A stretch of 64,000 bases of DNA, taken from an uncultured Alphaproteobacteria bacterium (GTDB lineage: Bacteria; Pseudomonadota; Alphaproteobacteria; HIMB59; GCA-002718135). The translations under genes were made by a program, and so were the position numbers. The notes below the pieces were generated by a model. The model ran no database searches. It worked only from the letters and a program-made list of their open reading frames with translations, and had not been told where the DNA came from. Of the stretch, positions 10,210 through 21,149 are shown piece after piece. The stretch's first letter is position 1, and every line of letters begins with the position of its first letter. The stretch covers positions 2,427 through 66,426 of the forward strand of contig CACBDX010000002.1 in NCBI GenBank assembly GCA_902538155.1, in the 5' to 3' direction.

Positions 10210-10927
10210 CAAAAATATATTTGTCTTTGGGGGTACGGGTTCTATTGGAAAATCATTATCAAAAAAACTGAAGAGCAATAACTATGATCCAATAATTGTT
10301 TCTAGAAATGAGACAGAATTAAAACAATTATCTGAGGAAATTGGTTGCGAATATAAAGTTTGTGATGTTTTAGATTTTGATAAAGTTAAAAGCATTTCAG
10401 AAGAATACAAAGATCGATTATGCGGTATTGCTTTTTGTGTTGGTTCTATAAATTTGAAACCTCTCAAAATGACTAAAGATGAAGATTTTATTGATTCTTT
10501 TAAAATTAATACACTTAGTGCTATAAATGCAATTAAGCTTAATCAAGAAACTCTAGTTAAAAATACTGGCAGTATTCTTCTTTATTCAACTATTGCCGTA
10601 AAACAAGGTTTTACTAATCACACAATAGTGTCAACCGCAAAAGGTGCCATTGAAGGTCTTACTTTGAGCTTAGCTGCAGAATTTGCTCCAAAAATTAAAG
10701 TAAATTGTATAGCGCCAAGTTTAACTGACGCAAAAATGACGCAAAAGTTACTTAATAATGAAACTATTAAGAAAGCAATTGAAAATATGCATCCTTTACC
10801 TAAAATTGGATCTGGTGATGATTTCTCTGACATAGGAAGTTTTCTATTAAGTGATAAAAATAGTTGGATTACTGGACAAATATTTCATATAGATGGAGGG
10901 AGATCATCATTAAGAATAAAATCGTGA
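10202..10927 (+). CDS. SDR-family oxidoreductase
   Basis: GGTGSIG, VNCIAPS, SWITGQ.FHIDGG; atypical catalytic segment. Confidence 0.85.
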   Translation: MSNKNIFVFGGTGSIGKSLSKKLKSNNYDPIIVSRNETELKQLSEEIGCEYKVCDVLDFDKVKSISEEYKDRLCGIAFCVGSINLKPLKMTKDEDFIDSFKINTLSAINAIKLNQETLVKNTGSILLYSTIAVKQGFTNHTIVSTAKGAIEGLTLSLAAEFAPKIKVNCIAPSLTDAKMTQKLLNNETIKKAIENMHPLPKIGSGDDFSDIGSFLLSDKNSWITGQIFHIDGGRSSLRIKS

Positions 10928-11607
10928 AATATATCTTTATAATTTGTTTATCTCTTTTTTCTTTTAGCGTTTTTAGTCAGCCATTTCCAATACCAGAAGA
11001 TAATGAGGTAAGTTATGATGTTATTAGAAAAAAGAAAAATATAGGGAGCTTAATATCAAAATTTATAGAAAATAAAGATAGTGTCGTTATACATTCAGTC
11101 TTAAAGATAAACGTTAAGGTTCTATTTATTCCAGCATACAAATTTTTTCAAGAAACAAAAGAAACTTGGACAAATGGTGAATTTATATCAATAGATGGAT
11201 TTACAGACTTTGAAGATGATCGAGAATATAAAATAATTGGAAATGATGAAAACAATTTTTTTATTGCTAGTGGTATGAATGGACAATTAAAATTAGATAA
11301 AAATATAGTACCATTAAATTATTGGAATCTAGAAATGTTAAATGAAAAAGAAGTATTTGATACTCAAAAGGGGATTGTAAGAACTATAGAAGTAAAGCAA
11401 CTTGAAGATGAAAAAATTAAAATCAATGATATTGAAATATTAACTAACAAGTATCTTTTCAATGCATCAAAAGATCCAAAAGACAAAGGACCATTCCCAG
11501 AGTATACTCTTTGGTATTTTGAAAAAGAGCTTATGAAAATGGAATTCAAAAACCCTAATGATAAAAAAAATATTATAACAATAATTCGTAATGATTGGGG
11601 TCAATAA
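10924..11607 (+). CDS. Exported protein, DUF6134-like
   Basis: GTG start overlapping the SDR stop, signal peptide, beta-rich body with YWN…FDTQKG motif. Confidence 0.55.
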   Translation: MKYIFIICLSLFSFSVFSQPFPIPEDNEVSYDVIRKKKNIGSLISKFIENKDSVVIHSVLKINVKVLFIPAYKFFQETKETWTNGEFISIDGFTDFEDDREYKIIGNDENNFFIASGMNGQLKLDKNIVPLNYWNLEMLNEKEVFDTQKGIVRTIEVKQLEDEKIKINDIEILTNKYLFNASKDPKDKGPFPEYTLWYFEKELMKMEFKNPNDKKNIITIIRNDWGQ

Positions 11608-12366
11608 TTGCAAACTATTTGGATTACCGGTGGATCTTCTGGAATTGGTTTTGCAGTAGCGCAAAAATTTTTGGAAGAAAATTGGAGAGTAATAATTTCT
11701 TCTAGAAATGAAGATAAATTAAAAAAAACCGTTGAAAAATTAAAAAAACAAACAAGCAAAAAAGAAATTTTCTACAAAGCTTGCGATGTAAGTAAATATA
11801 ATGATGTTAAAGATACTATAGCACATATTGAAACAAATATATCAAAAATTGATATTGCTTTACTAAATGCTGCCGCATACTCACCTAATAGAACTCAAGA
11901 ATTTGATATAGAAAATTATAATTTACTCATAGAAGTTAATATTAATGGCACAATAAACTGTATAGATGTTTTAAAAAATTATATGAAAGGTAGAAATAAT
12001 TTAATTTCTGTAGTTTCGTCTCCCGTAGGTTTCAGAGGAATGCCAACTGCAGGTGCATATGGGATGACAAAAGCAGCGCAATTAAACTTAGTTGAAAGTT
12101 TGTATTTTGATTTCAAAAAGTTAAAAATTAATATTTCAGTTATCAATCCTGGATTCATAGATACTGAATCAACGAAACTGAATTCATTTAAAATGCCTCT
12201 TTTAAAACCTCCAAGTTATGCTGCTGATAAAATATTTAAGGGATTAACTGGAAAATATAAATTTGAAATCTATTTCCCTTTTGTCGTTGTTTTTTCAGTA
12301 AAAATTATGAGATTTTTACCTTTAAAAATTTATTCCTTTATTTGGAGAAAATTAGGAAATTTTTAA
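11608..12366 (+). CDS. SDR-family oxidoreductase
   Basis: TGGSSGIG, YGMTK (YxxxK), INPGFIDT. Confidence 0.88.
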   Translation: MQTIWITGGSSGIGFAVAQKFLEENWRVIISSRNEDKLKKTVEKLKKQTSKKEIFYKACDVSKYNDVKDTIAHIETNISKIDIALLNAAAYSPNRTQEFDIENYNLLIEVNINGTINCIDVLKNYMKGRNNLISVVSSPVGFRGMPTAGAYGMTKAAQLNLVESLYFDFKKLKINISVINPGFIDTESTKLNSFKMPLLKPPSYAADKIFKGLTGKYKFEIYFPFVVVFSVKIMRFLPLKIYSFIWRKLGNF

Positions 12367-13448
12367 TTTGTCTCACCAATATAAATTCCAAGTCCTTCAG
12401 CTACTTTAATCAAAGGATCATTTTTTTGAACAGTCTTTGAATATCCAGCAACTTGACTAAGCATCAAATCTTGTACTCCTCTATCTTTCCATACAACTAC
12501 TCTGTTAAATTTTTTCTTTGCAATTAAATCAACAGCATAAACCCCAAAGGCACTTGCAATTAAACGATCTCTATGAGTTGGTTGGGCGCCTCTTTGAACA
12601 TGTCCTAGAACTGTAACTCTTGTTTCAGAGTCTGTTATTTTATAGATTTCATCACCAAGATAATTTCCAATCCCTCCAAGGCGCACCTCGCCATCGACAT
12701 ATTTCACTGTAGCTTTTTTACCATTTTCTTTTTTTACAGCTTCTGCAACAACAATTAATGCATGATTTCTTCCTTTAGACCTAAGTTGCTCAATATGATC
12801 TGCAATAGATTTTATAGAATATTGAATCTCAGGAATCAAAATAACATCAGCTCCTCCAGCTATTCCTGCATTCAAAGCAATATGACCTGCATCTCTACCC
12901 ATTACTTCTAAGATCATTACTCTTCTATGACTAGCAGCTGTTGGTTGAAGCATATCTAATGCATTTGTTGCAACATCAACTGCGGTATCATATCCTATAG
13001 AAAGCTCATTATGCTTTACATCATTGTCTATAGTCTTTGGAATGCCTACAAAATTTATATTTCCCTTTTTTGTAATACTTTGTAGGATTTTTAAACTTCC
13101 GTCTCCACCAATACCTATTAGTGCATCTATTCCTAATTTTTTAAAACCTTCTATAACTAAATCAGATGAGTCAATTTTTTTTCCATTCCTAATAATTTTT
13201 TTAAAAGGGTTTCCTTTGTTATTTGATCCTAAAAAAGTTCCACCCATTCTCATTAAGCTTCCTTCAAAATTTTGAGGATTTAATTTGATAACGTCCAGTG
13301 GTTCTTTCAACAAGCCTAATGTTCCATCCTTAATTCCATAAACTTCCCAATTGTACTTATTATGTGCTCTTAATGTAACTGCTCTAATTACTGCGTTTAA
13401 ACCTGCACAATCTCCGCCACTTGTTAAAATTGCTATTTTTTTTACCAT
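12363..13448 (-). CDS. pfkA: 6-phosphofructokinase
   Basis: TSGGD, GGDGS, PKTIDND, EVMGR, LGHVQRG. Confidence 0.93.
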   Translation of the reverse strand: MVKKIAILTSGGDCAGLNAVIRAVTLRAHNKYNWEVYGIKDGTLGLLKEPLDVIKLNPQNFEGSLMRMGGTFLGSNNKGNPFKKIIRNGKKIDSSDLVIEGFKKLGIDALIGIGGDGSLKILQSITKKGNINFVGIPKTIDNDVKHNELSIGYDTAVDVATNALDMLQPTAASHRRVMILEVMGRDAGHIALNAGIAGGADVILIPEIQYSIKSIADHIEQLRSKGRNHALIVVAEAVKKENGKKATVKYVDGEVRLGGIGNYLGDEIYKITDSETRVTVLGHVQRGAQPTHRDRLIASAFGVYAVDLIAKKKFNRVVVWKDRGVQDLMLSQVAGYSKTVQKNDPLIKVAEGLGIYIGETN

Positions 13449-13492
13449 TGGGCGTTTATATACTATTATTATATTTTTACTTATTTATTTTC

Positions 13493-13693
13493 ATGGATGA
13501 CATAAACAAACTAATAGAAATTTTAAAAAATTTTGAACAAGAACACAGAGATCTTGATGAAATACTCATTCGGCTTCAAGAAAAAAATACTGTAGATTTT
13601 TTACAAATTCAAAGGTTAAAAAAAAGAAAATTAATCCTAAAAGATAAAATATTAGAAATTCAAAATAAATTAGAGCCAGATAGTATAGCTTAA
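13493..13693 (+). CDS. DUF465/YdcH family protein
   Basis: EHRDLD…RLKKRKL.LKD; ATG at 13493. Confidence 0.85.
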   Translation: MDDINKLIEILKNFEQEHRDLDEILIRLQEKNTVDFLQIQRLKKRKLILKDKILEIQNKLEPDSIA

Positions 13694-14307
13694 GCTAAAA
13701 AACTTTTTAAAAATTTAGGAGCATTATCCTTAATAAAAGATATTCTTTCCTTAATTCTTGGAATTTTTGATATTCTCTTAAGATTTTTATCAATATTTTC
13801 TTCAACATGCTTCATTTCTTTTGAAAAAAAAACGAACAAGGCATTAGTGTATACGCCTGATAAAATCAGTCTTTTTGTATAAAAGTTGAAATCTGTTGAA
13901 TTATCTCCAGCTAAATACCACATTGTACTTACTGAATTATATAAACTCTTTTTTGATATTTTGTTATTTGTAGGTAGCAAAAGATGGTTAGAGGTTTTTT
14001 TATAAAATTCTTTATCTTCGTTTAATATATCAAATCGTAATAATAATATTTTTTTTATTCTTTTGTTAATTGGAAAATTAATTAAATTAATTTTTTTTAA
14101 TTTATATTCAAGTTTTTCATTAATATTTTGTAAAGCATATTCTAATAAATCTTTATATCCATCAGGGAAAAAATAGAATAAATCATTTTTTTCTATATTT
14201 TGTTTTTGTAATTTTGAAAATATTTCTGATGACCAACCATCAATTGATACGATTTTTTTTGCTTTTTTGAGAATATCTTCTTTTTTTTTATTTTCTGTTT
14301 TGTTCAT
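13690..14307 (-). CDS. COQ9-family protein (RpsU-divergently transcribed)
   Basis: WYLAGDNSTDFNFYTKR motif; near rpsU. Confidence 0.88.
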   Translation of the reverse strand: MNKTENKKKEDILKKAKKIVSIDGWSSEIFSKLQKQNIEKNDLFYFFPDGYKDLLEYALQNINEKLEYKLKKINLINFPINKRIKKILLLRFDILNEDKEFYKKTSNHLLLPTNNKISKKSLYNSVSTMWYLAGDNSTDFNFYTKRLILSGVYTNALFVFFSKEMKHVEENIDKNLKRISKIPRIKERISFIKDNAPKFLKSFLA

Positions 14308-14818
14308 TTTTCCAATATGTAGTTATTTCTTTTTCAAAACCAAAAGCATTTTTATGTGCTAAGCGTGATGTATACAAAATGCCGTTTAAGTGATCTACTT
14401 CATGTTGTACTACCCTTGCGTGTAAGCCTTCAACTTCATTTTTAATTTCTTTACCATCAAGATCAAATCCAGAATATTTGATTTTTTTAAATCTTCTAAC
14501 TAAACCCTGCATACCAGGTATTGATAAACAACCTTCCCAATCATCCTCAGTTTCTTTTCCCATGGGTATAAAAATAGGATTTATTAATGGTGTTATCTCA
14601 ATTTTATCTTTCTCTTCATTATCAGGATTACGAAATACTATTATTTTCTTTGAAATATGTACTTGGGGTGCAGCTAAACCTATACCGTTATAGTCAAGCA
14701 TTGTTTCAGACATATCATAAACTATTTTTTTTAGAGAATCTGAAGAGAATTCTTTTATCTCAGAACATTCTTTTAGCAATATTGGATGACCAATTTTTGA
14801 TATTTTGAGAATAGACAC
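14288..14818 (-). CDS. def: Peptide deformylase
   Basis: GIGLAAPQ, EGCLS, QHEVDHLNG. Confidence 0.96.
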   Translation of the reverse strand: MSILKISKIGHPILLKECSEIKEFSSDSLKKIVYDMSETMLDYNGIGLAAPQVHISKKIIVFRNPDNEEKDKIEITPLINPIFIPMGKETEDDWEGCLSIPGMQGLVRRFKKIKYSGFDLDGKEIKNEVEGLHARVVQHEVDHLNGILYTSRLAHKNAFGFEKEITTYWKNEQNRK

Positions 14819-14912
14819 ATAATAAATATAAGTATTTTTTCTAATATACCAATAGATTAATTCAATATATCCGTTTGCAAATAATATGAGTTTGTGTTAC
14901 TAGCCCGTCCCA

Positions 14913-15110
14913 ATGACACTTTTTGTAAATGTAAAAGATAATAATGTAGAACAAGCAATTAGAACGCTTAAAAAGAAAATGCAGCGTGAAGGTTTGTATA
15001 AAGAAATGAAACTACGTAAACATTACGAAAAACCTTGTTTGAAACGGGCTCGAGAAAAAGAAGAAAATATTAGAAGAGCTAGAAAATCAGCAAAAAGAAG
15101 TAACAATTAA
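14913..15110 (+). CDS. rpsU: 30S ribosomal protein S21
   Basis: [16 protein letters not shown]…YEKP. Confidence 0.95.
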   Translation: MTLFVNVKDNNVEQAIRTLKKKMQREGLYKEMKLRKHYEKPCLKRAREKEENIRRARKSAKRSNN

Positions 15111-16501
15111 GCAGATAGACTTTTTACAATATCCTCACACATTTTTTTAGCATCTCCAAATAGCATAGTAGTATTATCTCTGTAAAATAATTCATTATCA
15201 ACACCGGAATAACCAGTTGCCATTGAACGTTTTACAAATAGGACGCTCTGAGATTTTTCTACATCTAAAATAGGCATACCAAAAATAGGAGAAGATTCAT
15301 CTGTTTTTGCAGCTGGATTTGTTACATCATTTGCTCCAATAACAAAAGAAACCTCTGTCATAGGAAAATCATGATTAATTTCATCTAGCTCCAAGACTTC
15401 TTCATAAGGAACATTAGCTTCAGCTAGCAAAACATTCATATGACCAGGCATTCTTCCAGCAACTGGATGTATTGCATATCTTACCTCTATTCCTTCTTTT
15501 TTTAATATGTCACCCATTTCTCTTAAAGCATGTTGAGCTTGTGCTACAGCCATTCCGTATCCTGGTACAATAATTACAGAGTCTGCGTTTTTCATTATAT
15601 ATGCCGCATCCTCTGCATTACCTTGTTTAACAATTTTGTCTGAATTATCCTTACTAGCACTACTGTCTTGCTCACCACCAAAACCTCCTAAAACTACATT
15701 AATAATGGATCTATTCATCCCTTTACTCATTATATAACTCAATATTGCGCCAGACGCTCCAACGAGAGCACCAGTTATAATTAAGAGATTATTACTAAGT
15801 GTAAATCCTATGCCGCAAGCTGCCCATCCTGAATAAGAGTTTAACATAGAAACAACAACTGGCATGTCAGCTCCACCAATAGGTATTACTACAAGAAATC
15901 CGAGTAATATTGAAACAATAACAATTGTCCAAAAGATTGTTGGGGATTGATTAATTACAAATAATACAATCAAGAAAATAATTAAAAGGAAAATTATTGC
16001 ATTTATAAGATGCTGGAATTTAAATACTATTGGTTTTCCTGAAATTGTACCTTGTAATTTTCCAAAAGCTAAAACTGAACCAGAGAAAGTGATAGCGCCA
16101 ATAAATGTTCCAATGCTCATTTCAACTAAACTAGCAGTTTTAATCGAACCAACTTTTCCGATACTAAAAGCTACCGGATCATAAAATGCAGCGGCAGCGA
16201 CAAATACAGCTGCTAAACCTACTAAGCTATGAAAAGCGGCTACTAATTGAGGTAACGCTGTCATCTCAATTCTGAGAGCAATAAATGAACCTATAGCACC
16301 ACCAATCAGTATCGCAGCACCAATTTCATAATAACTAAGAACTGATTTGAACATTAGCGTTGTGAACACCGCTATAATCATTCCAATGATACCAAAAATG
16401 TTACCCATTCTTGAAGATTCAGGATGAGATAAACCTCTTAGAGCAAAAATAAATAATAACGCAGAAATTAAGTATAATATTGCAACCATGTTAGAAGACA
16501 T
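15107..16501 (-). CDS. pntB: NAD(P) transhydrogenase beta subunit
   Basis: [37 protein letters not shown]. Confidence 0.96.
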   Translation of the reverse strand: MSSNMVAILYLISALLFIFALRGLSHPESSRMGNIFGIIGMIIAVFTTLMFKSVLSYYEIGAAILIGGAIGSFIALRIEMTALPQLVAAFHSLVGLAAVFVAAAAFYDPVAFSIGKVGSIKTASLVEMSIGTFIGAITFSGSVLAFGKLQGTISGKPIVFKFQHLINAIIFLLIIFLIVLFVINQSPTIFWTIVIVSILLGFLVVIPIGGADMPVVVSMLNSYSGWAACGIGFTLSNNLLIITGALVGASGAILSYIMSKGMNRSIINVVLGGFGGEQDSSASKDNSDKIVKQGNAEDAAYIMKNADSVIIVPGYGMAVAQAQHALREMGDILKKEGIEVRYAIHPVAGRMPGHMNVLLAEANVPYEEVLELDEINHDFPMTEVSFVIGANDVTNPAAKTDESSPIFGMPILDVEKSQSVLFVKRSMATGYSGVDNELFYRDNTTMLFGDAKKMCEDIVKSLSA

Positions 16502-16818
16502 TAATCTTTTTCCTTTGTTTTTTTAGTTTTTTTCTTAAACATTGAGAGCATTCGATATGTTACTAAGAAGCCTCCAAAAATATTAACTGAAGCTAAAACA
16601 ACACCTATTAGTCCGAATATTTTAGAAGTATCAAAACCTTGAGGACCGGCTGCTAATATTGCCCCAACTATAATTACACTTGATATTGCATTTGTCACAC
16701 CCATCAATGGACTATGCAAAGCAGGAGTAACTGACCAAACTACATAATACCCAATAATACAAGCCAAGAAAAATACTGTTAACCCAATAACAAAAACTTC
16801 TGAAGAATGTGCTTCCAT
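16501..16818 (-). CDS. pntAB: NAD(P) transhydrogenase alpha subunit part 2
   Basis: VTPALHSPLMGVTNAIS…NIFGGF.VT.RML.MF. Confidence 0.94.
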   Translation of the reverse strand: MEAHSSEVFVIGLTVFFLACIIGYYVVWSVTPALHSPLMGVTNAISSVIIVGAILAAGPQGFDTSKIFGLIGVVLASVNIFGGFLVTYRMLSMFKKKTKKTKEKD

Positions 16819-16819
16819 A

Positions 16820-17941
16820 TTACTTAAATTGCTCCAATCTTACTTCCCCGTCATGCGTTAGCAAAACAGAATTAATAATTTCATCATCAAAATCAAAATT
16901 TATTTTTTTATTTTCTTTATCTATTAATAGACTTAAGAAGTTAAAAATATTTTTAGCATAAAGAGCTGATGCATCTTTGGCCACTCTTCCAGGAACATTT
17001 CCATAACCAACAATTTTTACTCCATTATGCAAAACTATTTCATTCATTTTACTTAAAGGGCAATTACCACCAGCTTCTACAGCTAAATCAATTACTACTG
17101 ATCCCGGTATCATTGAAGAGACCATTTCTTCTGTGATTAAAACTGGAGCTTTTTTCCCGGGAATAAGAGCTGTACAAATTACTATATCTTGTTTTGAAAC
17201 TGTTTCAGATATCAATTGAGCTTGTTTTTTCTTATAATCTTCACTCATTTCCTTTGCATAACCACCTTCGGTTTCAGCATTTTGAGCTTCATCATCTTCA
17301 ACCATTATGAATTTTCCACCAAGACTTTCAACTTGTTCCTTAGTTGCTGCTCTTACATCAGTGGCAGAAACTACTGCACCAAGTCTTTTTGCTGTTGCTA
17401 TAGCTTGTAAACCTGCAACTCCTACACCTAGTATCATAACTTTTGCTGGATTTACTCTTCCAGCTGCAGTCATCATCATAGGAAAAGCTTTTCCAAATTG
17501 CTCTGCTGCATCAATTACACTTCTATAACCTGCTAAGTTAGCTTGGGATGATAGAACATCCATACTTTGTGCTCTACTTATTCTAGGAATTAATTCCATA
17601 CAGCATGATGATATTTTGTTTTTGTTTAAATTAGAAAATTCAGATTTATTTTCATATGGATTTAAAATTCCTATAAGTAATGAATTACTTTTTAAGTTAT
17701 TTATATCATCAGTACTTGGCATTCTAACACATAAACAAACATCAGCCTTCAAGCATTCAGATCTAGTAACAACTTTTGCTCCAGCTTCTTGATAACTTGA
17801 ATTCTGATATCCTGAAGTTTCTCCCGCTCCATTTTCAATTATAACTTCAAAACCTAATCTAGAAAAAAGCTTTACGGACTCAGGGGAGATAGAGACTCTT
17901 GTCTCATTGTTATCATTTTCTTTAATAGCAGATAAGAGCAT
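16820..17941 (-). CDS. pntAA: NAD(P) transhydrogenase alpha subunit part 1
   Basis: RISRAQSMDVLSSQ, G.GVAGLQA, GGYAKE, GGNC. Confidence 0.95.
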   Translation of the reverse strand: MLLSAIKENDNNETRVSISPESVKLFSRLGFEVIIENGAGETSGYQNSSYQEAGAKVVTRSECLKADVCLCVRMPSTDDINNLKSNSLLIGILNPYENKSEFSNLNKNKISSCCMELIPRISRAQSMDVLSSQANLAGYRSVIDAAEQFGKAFPMMMTAAGRVNPAKVMILGVGVAGLQAIATAKRLGAVVSATDVRAATKEQVESLGGKFIMVEDDEAQNAETEGGYAKEMSEDYKKKQAQLISETVSKQDIVICTALIPGKKAPVLITEEMVSSMIPGSVVIDLAVEAGGNCPLSKMNEIVLHNGVKIVGYGNVPGRVAKDASALYAKNIFNFLSLLIDKENKKINFDFDDEIINSVLLTHDGEVRLEQFK

Positions 17942-17947
17942 GAGTTC

Positions 17948-19294
17948 TTATATTGATAGGTTTGCTAAATTTAAAGCTTTTTGTTGGTTTTTCATTAATT
18001 TTTTTGAGTTAAAATCTTCAATGAGCTCATGGAATATTCTATACCAATTAACTTCTGCTTTTAAATGCATAAACACTGAACCTAATCCTACTGCTGCTCT
18101 ATCCATGAACACAAATTCTTTTGGGGGTTTAACACCGCCTAGTTTCTTAAGTTCTTGATGAACCTCAGATGCAATTTGTGCTCCATAAATACCACTATCA
18201 CTTTCTTGTATTTTTTGAACTTTATCTTCCATCAATGGTGAATATAAGAATCCTGCCCATTTATTTAATACTTTTAATTTCTCTTTTGTAATATCTGTAA
18301 ATCCCCATTGCTCATATGCATGAACTGCCTTTGAATTATCATTTTCTTGAAGAGCAAAGTATAAATCAATTACACCTTGAATAAAACTACCATTAAAAAT
18401 TCTCATACAACCAAAGTCATATATATTAATGCTAAGGTCTTTTTTTTGTACAGAATAATTTCCTAAATGTGGATCTCCGTGAAGCACCCCGTATTCGAAA
18501 AATGGTTTATACCAAGCCTTATACATATTTGCTGCTAATGTATTTCTTGTTTCTTTAGAGGATTTTTTAAAATTTAAAATGGGTTCACCATCTAGCCAAC
18601 TCATAGTTAGCAATCTTTTTGTAGATAATTTATCATAGGTTTTTGGAACTTGAACATAATTTATATTTGAAAATATATTTCTAAATACAGCCATTAATTT
18701 TTTTTCTCTTTCGTAATCTAGCTCTTCTTTAAGTCTGTCAGTAATTTCTTTGTATACTTCATCAGTTTTAATCGCTTTATTATAGGACTGATAAATTGAA
18801 AAAATCATTTTTAATTGTGAAAGATCAGCACTAACTGCTGAAGCCATGTCTGGGTATTGGAGTTTGCAAGCGACTATGTCATCATTTTTTATTTTAGCTT
18901 TATGAACTTGTCCAAGAGAAGCTGCTCTTGTTGCTTCTTTATCAAACTCAATAAAATTTTTTTGCCAGTCCTGCTTTAATTCTGCAGCCATTCTTCTTTT
19001 AACAAATAACCATCCCATGGGTGGAGCATTAGACTGTAAATGCATAAGTTCTTGCGCGTACTCATCAGGAAGTAAGTCAGGTATAGTTGCTGATAATTGT
19101 GCCACTTTCATTAATGGACCTTTAATACTTCCAAGAGCAGCTCTTATTTCTGAAGCATGTTTTTCTTTATCTAACTTAACGCCTAAATATCTTTGACTTG
19201 CAAGTTTAGTGGCTAATTTTCCAACAACACCACCAACTTTAGCATACCTCGTAAGTTGTTTTGTTAGAGATTTTGCTTCTTTATCTTTCATCAA
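17948..19294 (-). CDS. ABC1/UbiB (COQ8-like) atypical kinase
   Basis: KGPLMKVAQ, AASLGQVH, KLQYP, HGDPHLGN, DFGC. Confidence 0.9.
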   Translation of the reverse strand: MMKDKEAKSLTKQLTRYAKVGGVVGKLATKLASQRYLGVKLDKEKHASEIRAALGSIKGPLMKVAQLSATIPDLLPDEYAQELMHLQSNAPPMGWLFVKRRMAAELKQDWQKNFIEFDKEATRAASLGQVHKAKIKNDDIVACKLQYPDMASAVSADLSQLKMIFSIYQSYNKAIKTDEVYKEITDRLKEELDYEREKKLMAVFRNIFSNINYVQVPKTYDKLSTKRLLTMSWLDGEPILNFKKSSKETRNTLAANMYKAWYKPFFEYGVLHGDPHLGNYSVQKKDLSINIYDFGCMRIFNGSFIQGVIDLYFALQENDNSKAVHAYEQWGFTDITKEKLKVLNKWAGFLYSPLMEDKVQKIQESDSGIYGAQIASEVHQELKKLGGVKPPKEFVFMDRAAVGLGSVFMHLKAEVNWYRIFHELIEDFNSKKLMKNQQKALNLANLSI

Positions 19295-19296
19295 TT

Positions 19297-21093
19297 TTAT
19301 TCCTCTAATTGGTCAATCAAATTCTCAATAACATTAACTCCTTTTTGCCAGAAATCTTTTTTCTTCGGATTTAATCCAAAAGGCTTCAATAATTTATCAT
19401 ATGTATCACTTCCACCGCTCTCTAACAAAGTAATGTATTTGTCTTCGAATTTAGGGAGTTTGCTTTCGTAAACATTAAAAAGAGAATTAACAAGACAATC
19501 ACCAAAAGCATATGCATAAACATAAAATGGTGAATGAATGAAATGGGGTATATAGCTCCAGAAATATTTGTAATCATCATTAAATTTTATTGATGGTCCT
19601 AAGCTTTTTTTTTGAACATCAATCCAAATTTCACAAATTTCATCAACACTTAATTCTTTAATTTTTCTTTGATGATGAATACGTTTTTCAAATTCAAAAA
19701 ATGCAATCTGCCTTACAACAGTGTTTATCATATCTTCAACTTTGTTTGCCAAAAGCCCCTTACGTTCATTTTCTTTTTTCGTAATAGATAAAAGAGATTT
19801 AAAAGTTAACATTTCCCCAAAAACACTTGCTGTTTCAGCAAGAGTTAACGGAGTTGAGGAATTAAAATAAGTTTGTTTTTGTCCAGCTAGATATTGATGA
19901 ATTCCATGTCCTAGTTCATGAGCAAGGGTAGCTATATCTCTTGCTTTGCCTTGATAATTAACAAGTATGAATGGATGAACTGATGGAACAGTAGAAGCAG
20001 CGAACGCGCCAGGAGATTTTCCTGATTTTACTGGAGCGTGTATCCATGAATTATCAAAAAATTTATTTACAATATTTCCTGCTCTCTTATCAAAATTTGA
20101 ATAAGCATTAGTTACAATTTGTCTTGCATCTTTCCAGGAGTAAATACTCTGTGATTGGAAAGGAAGAGGTGCATTTCTGTCCCAATACATTAAAGATTTC
20201 TTTTTTAGCCATTTAGATTTTATTTTATAATAACGATGAGCAATTTTTGGATAATTTTCTTTTATTGTTTCTGTTAGGGCTTCTACAACTTCATCTTCTA
20301 CAACATTAGATAAATTTCTTGAACTGACTGGATTTGGTAATCCTCTCCATTTATCATTGATTGATTTATCTTTTGCAAGATTATTAGTAATAGATGTAAA
20401 CAAACTAATGTTATCTTTTAAGACAGCAGATACTACCTCTGCTGATTTTTTACGATTTGATTCTTTTTTATCAGAAAGAAAATTAAAAATTTCAGCACTA
20501 GATAAATTTTTTCCCTTAAAGGGAAATTTTAGTGATGCAATTGTATCATCAAATAGTCTGATCCAGGCTGATCTAGAAGTAATACTTTTTTCTTGAAGTA
20601 ATTTTTCTGTTTTAACATCTAATTGGTAAGGTTTAAATTTTCGAATATTTTTTATCCAATTTTTGTAAATCTTTAGTTTTTTATCAGCATAAATTTTTTT
20701 TAAATTTTTTTCAGAAATTTCATTTATCTCAAGACTAAAGAAGACAATTGAAGAGGCAATATTTGTAATTTGCTCCTGCATTTGTTGATAAAAAATTTTA
20801 TTCTTTTCATTGTTACCATCCTCTGCAACTAATAAGTGTGCATAAGACATAATTTTATCTATTTTTGTATCAATACTCTCTAATTCAATAATGGCTTTCA
20901 AGAGTTGATTAGAACTAATCCTGGTGATTTTAGATGCGTATTTTTTCTCAAATTTTTTAGTTGATATTCTGAGATTATTTAAATCATTATTCAGTTTCTT
21001 GGCTTTTGGCGATTCATATAAATCCTTTAAATTCCAAATTGGTAGTTTGCCAAGGGTATTTTTTGTTGAAATTTGATAATTTTTTTGTTTCAT
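19297..21093 (-). CDS. pepF: M3 oligoendopeptidase F
   Basis: TLAHELGHGIH, AETAS.FGE, YVYAYAFG. Confidence 0.9.
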   Translation of the reverse strand: MKQKNYQISTKNTLGKLPIWNLKDLYESPKAKKLNNDLNNLRISTKKFEKKYASKITRISSNQLLKAIIELESIDTKIDKIMSYAHLLVAEDGNNEKNKIFYQQMQEQITNIASSIVFFSLEINEISEKNLKKIYADKKLKIYKNWIKNIRKFKPYQLDVKTEKLLQEKSITSRSAWIRLFDDTIASLKFPFKGKNLSSAEIFNFLSDKKESNRKKSAEVVSAVLKDNISLFTSITNNLAKDKSINDKWRGLPNPVSSRNLSNVVEDEVVEALTETIKENYPKIAHRYYKIKSKWLKKKSLMYWDRNAPLPFQSQSIYSWKDARQIVTNAYSNFDKRAGNIVNKFFDNSWIHAPVKSGKSPGAFAASTVPSVHPFILVNYQGKARDIATLAHELGHGIHQYLAGQKQTYFNSSTPLTLAETASVFGEMLTFKSLLSITKKENERKGLLANKVEDMINTVVRQIAFFEFEKRIHHQRKIKELSVDEICEIWIDVQKKSLGPSIKFNDDYKYFWSYIPHFIHSPFYVYAYAFGDCLVNSLFNVYESKLPKFEDKYITLLESGGSDTYDKLLKPFGLNPKKKDFWQKGVNVIENLIDQLEE

Positions 21094-21149
21094 ATTTTAC
21101 TATTTCGATATAGGTCTAATATCTAAGCTTTGTAGGGAGGGCAGAAAGC

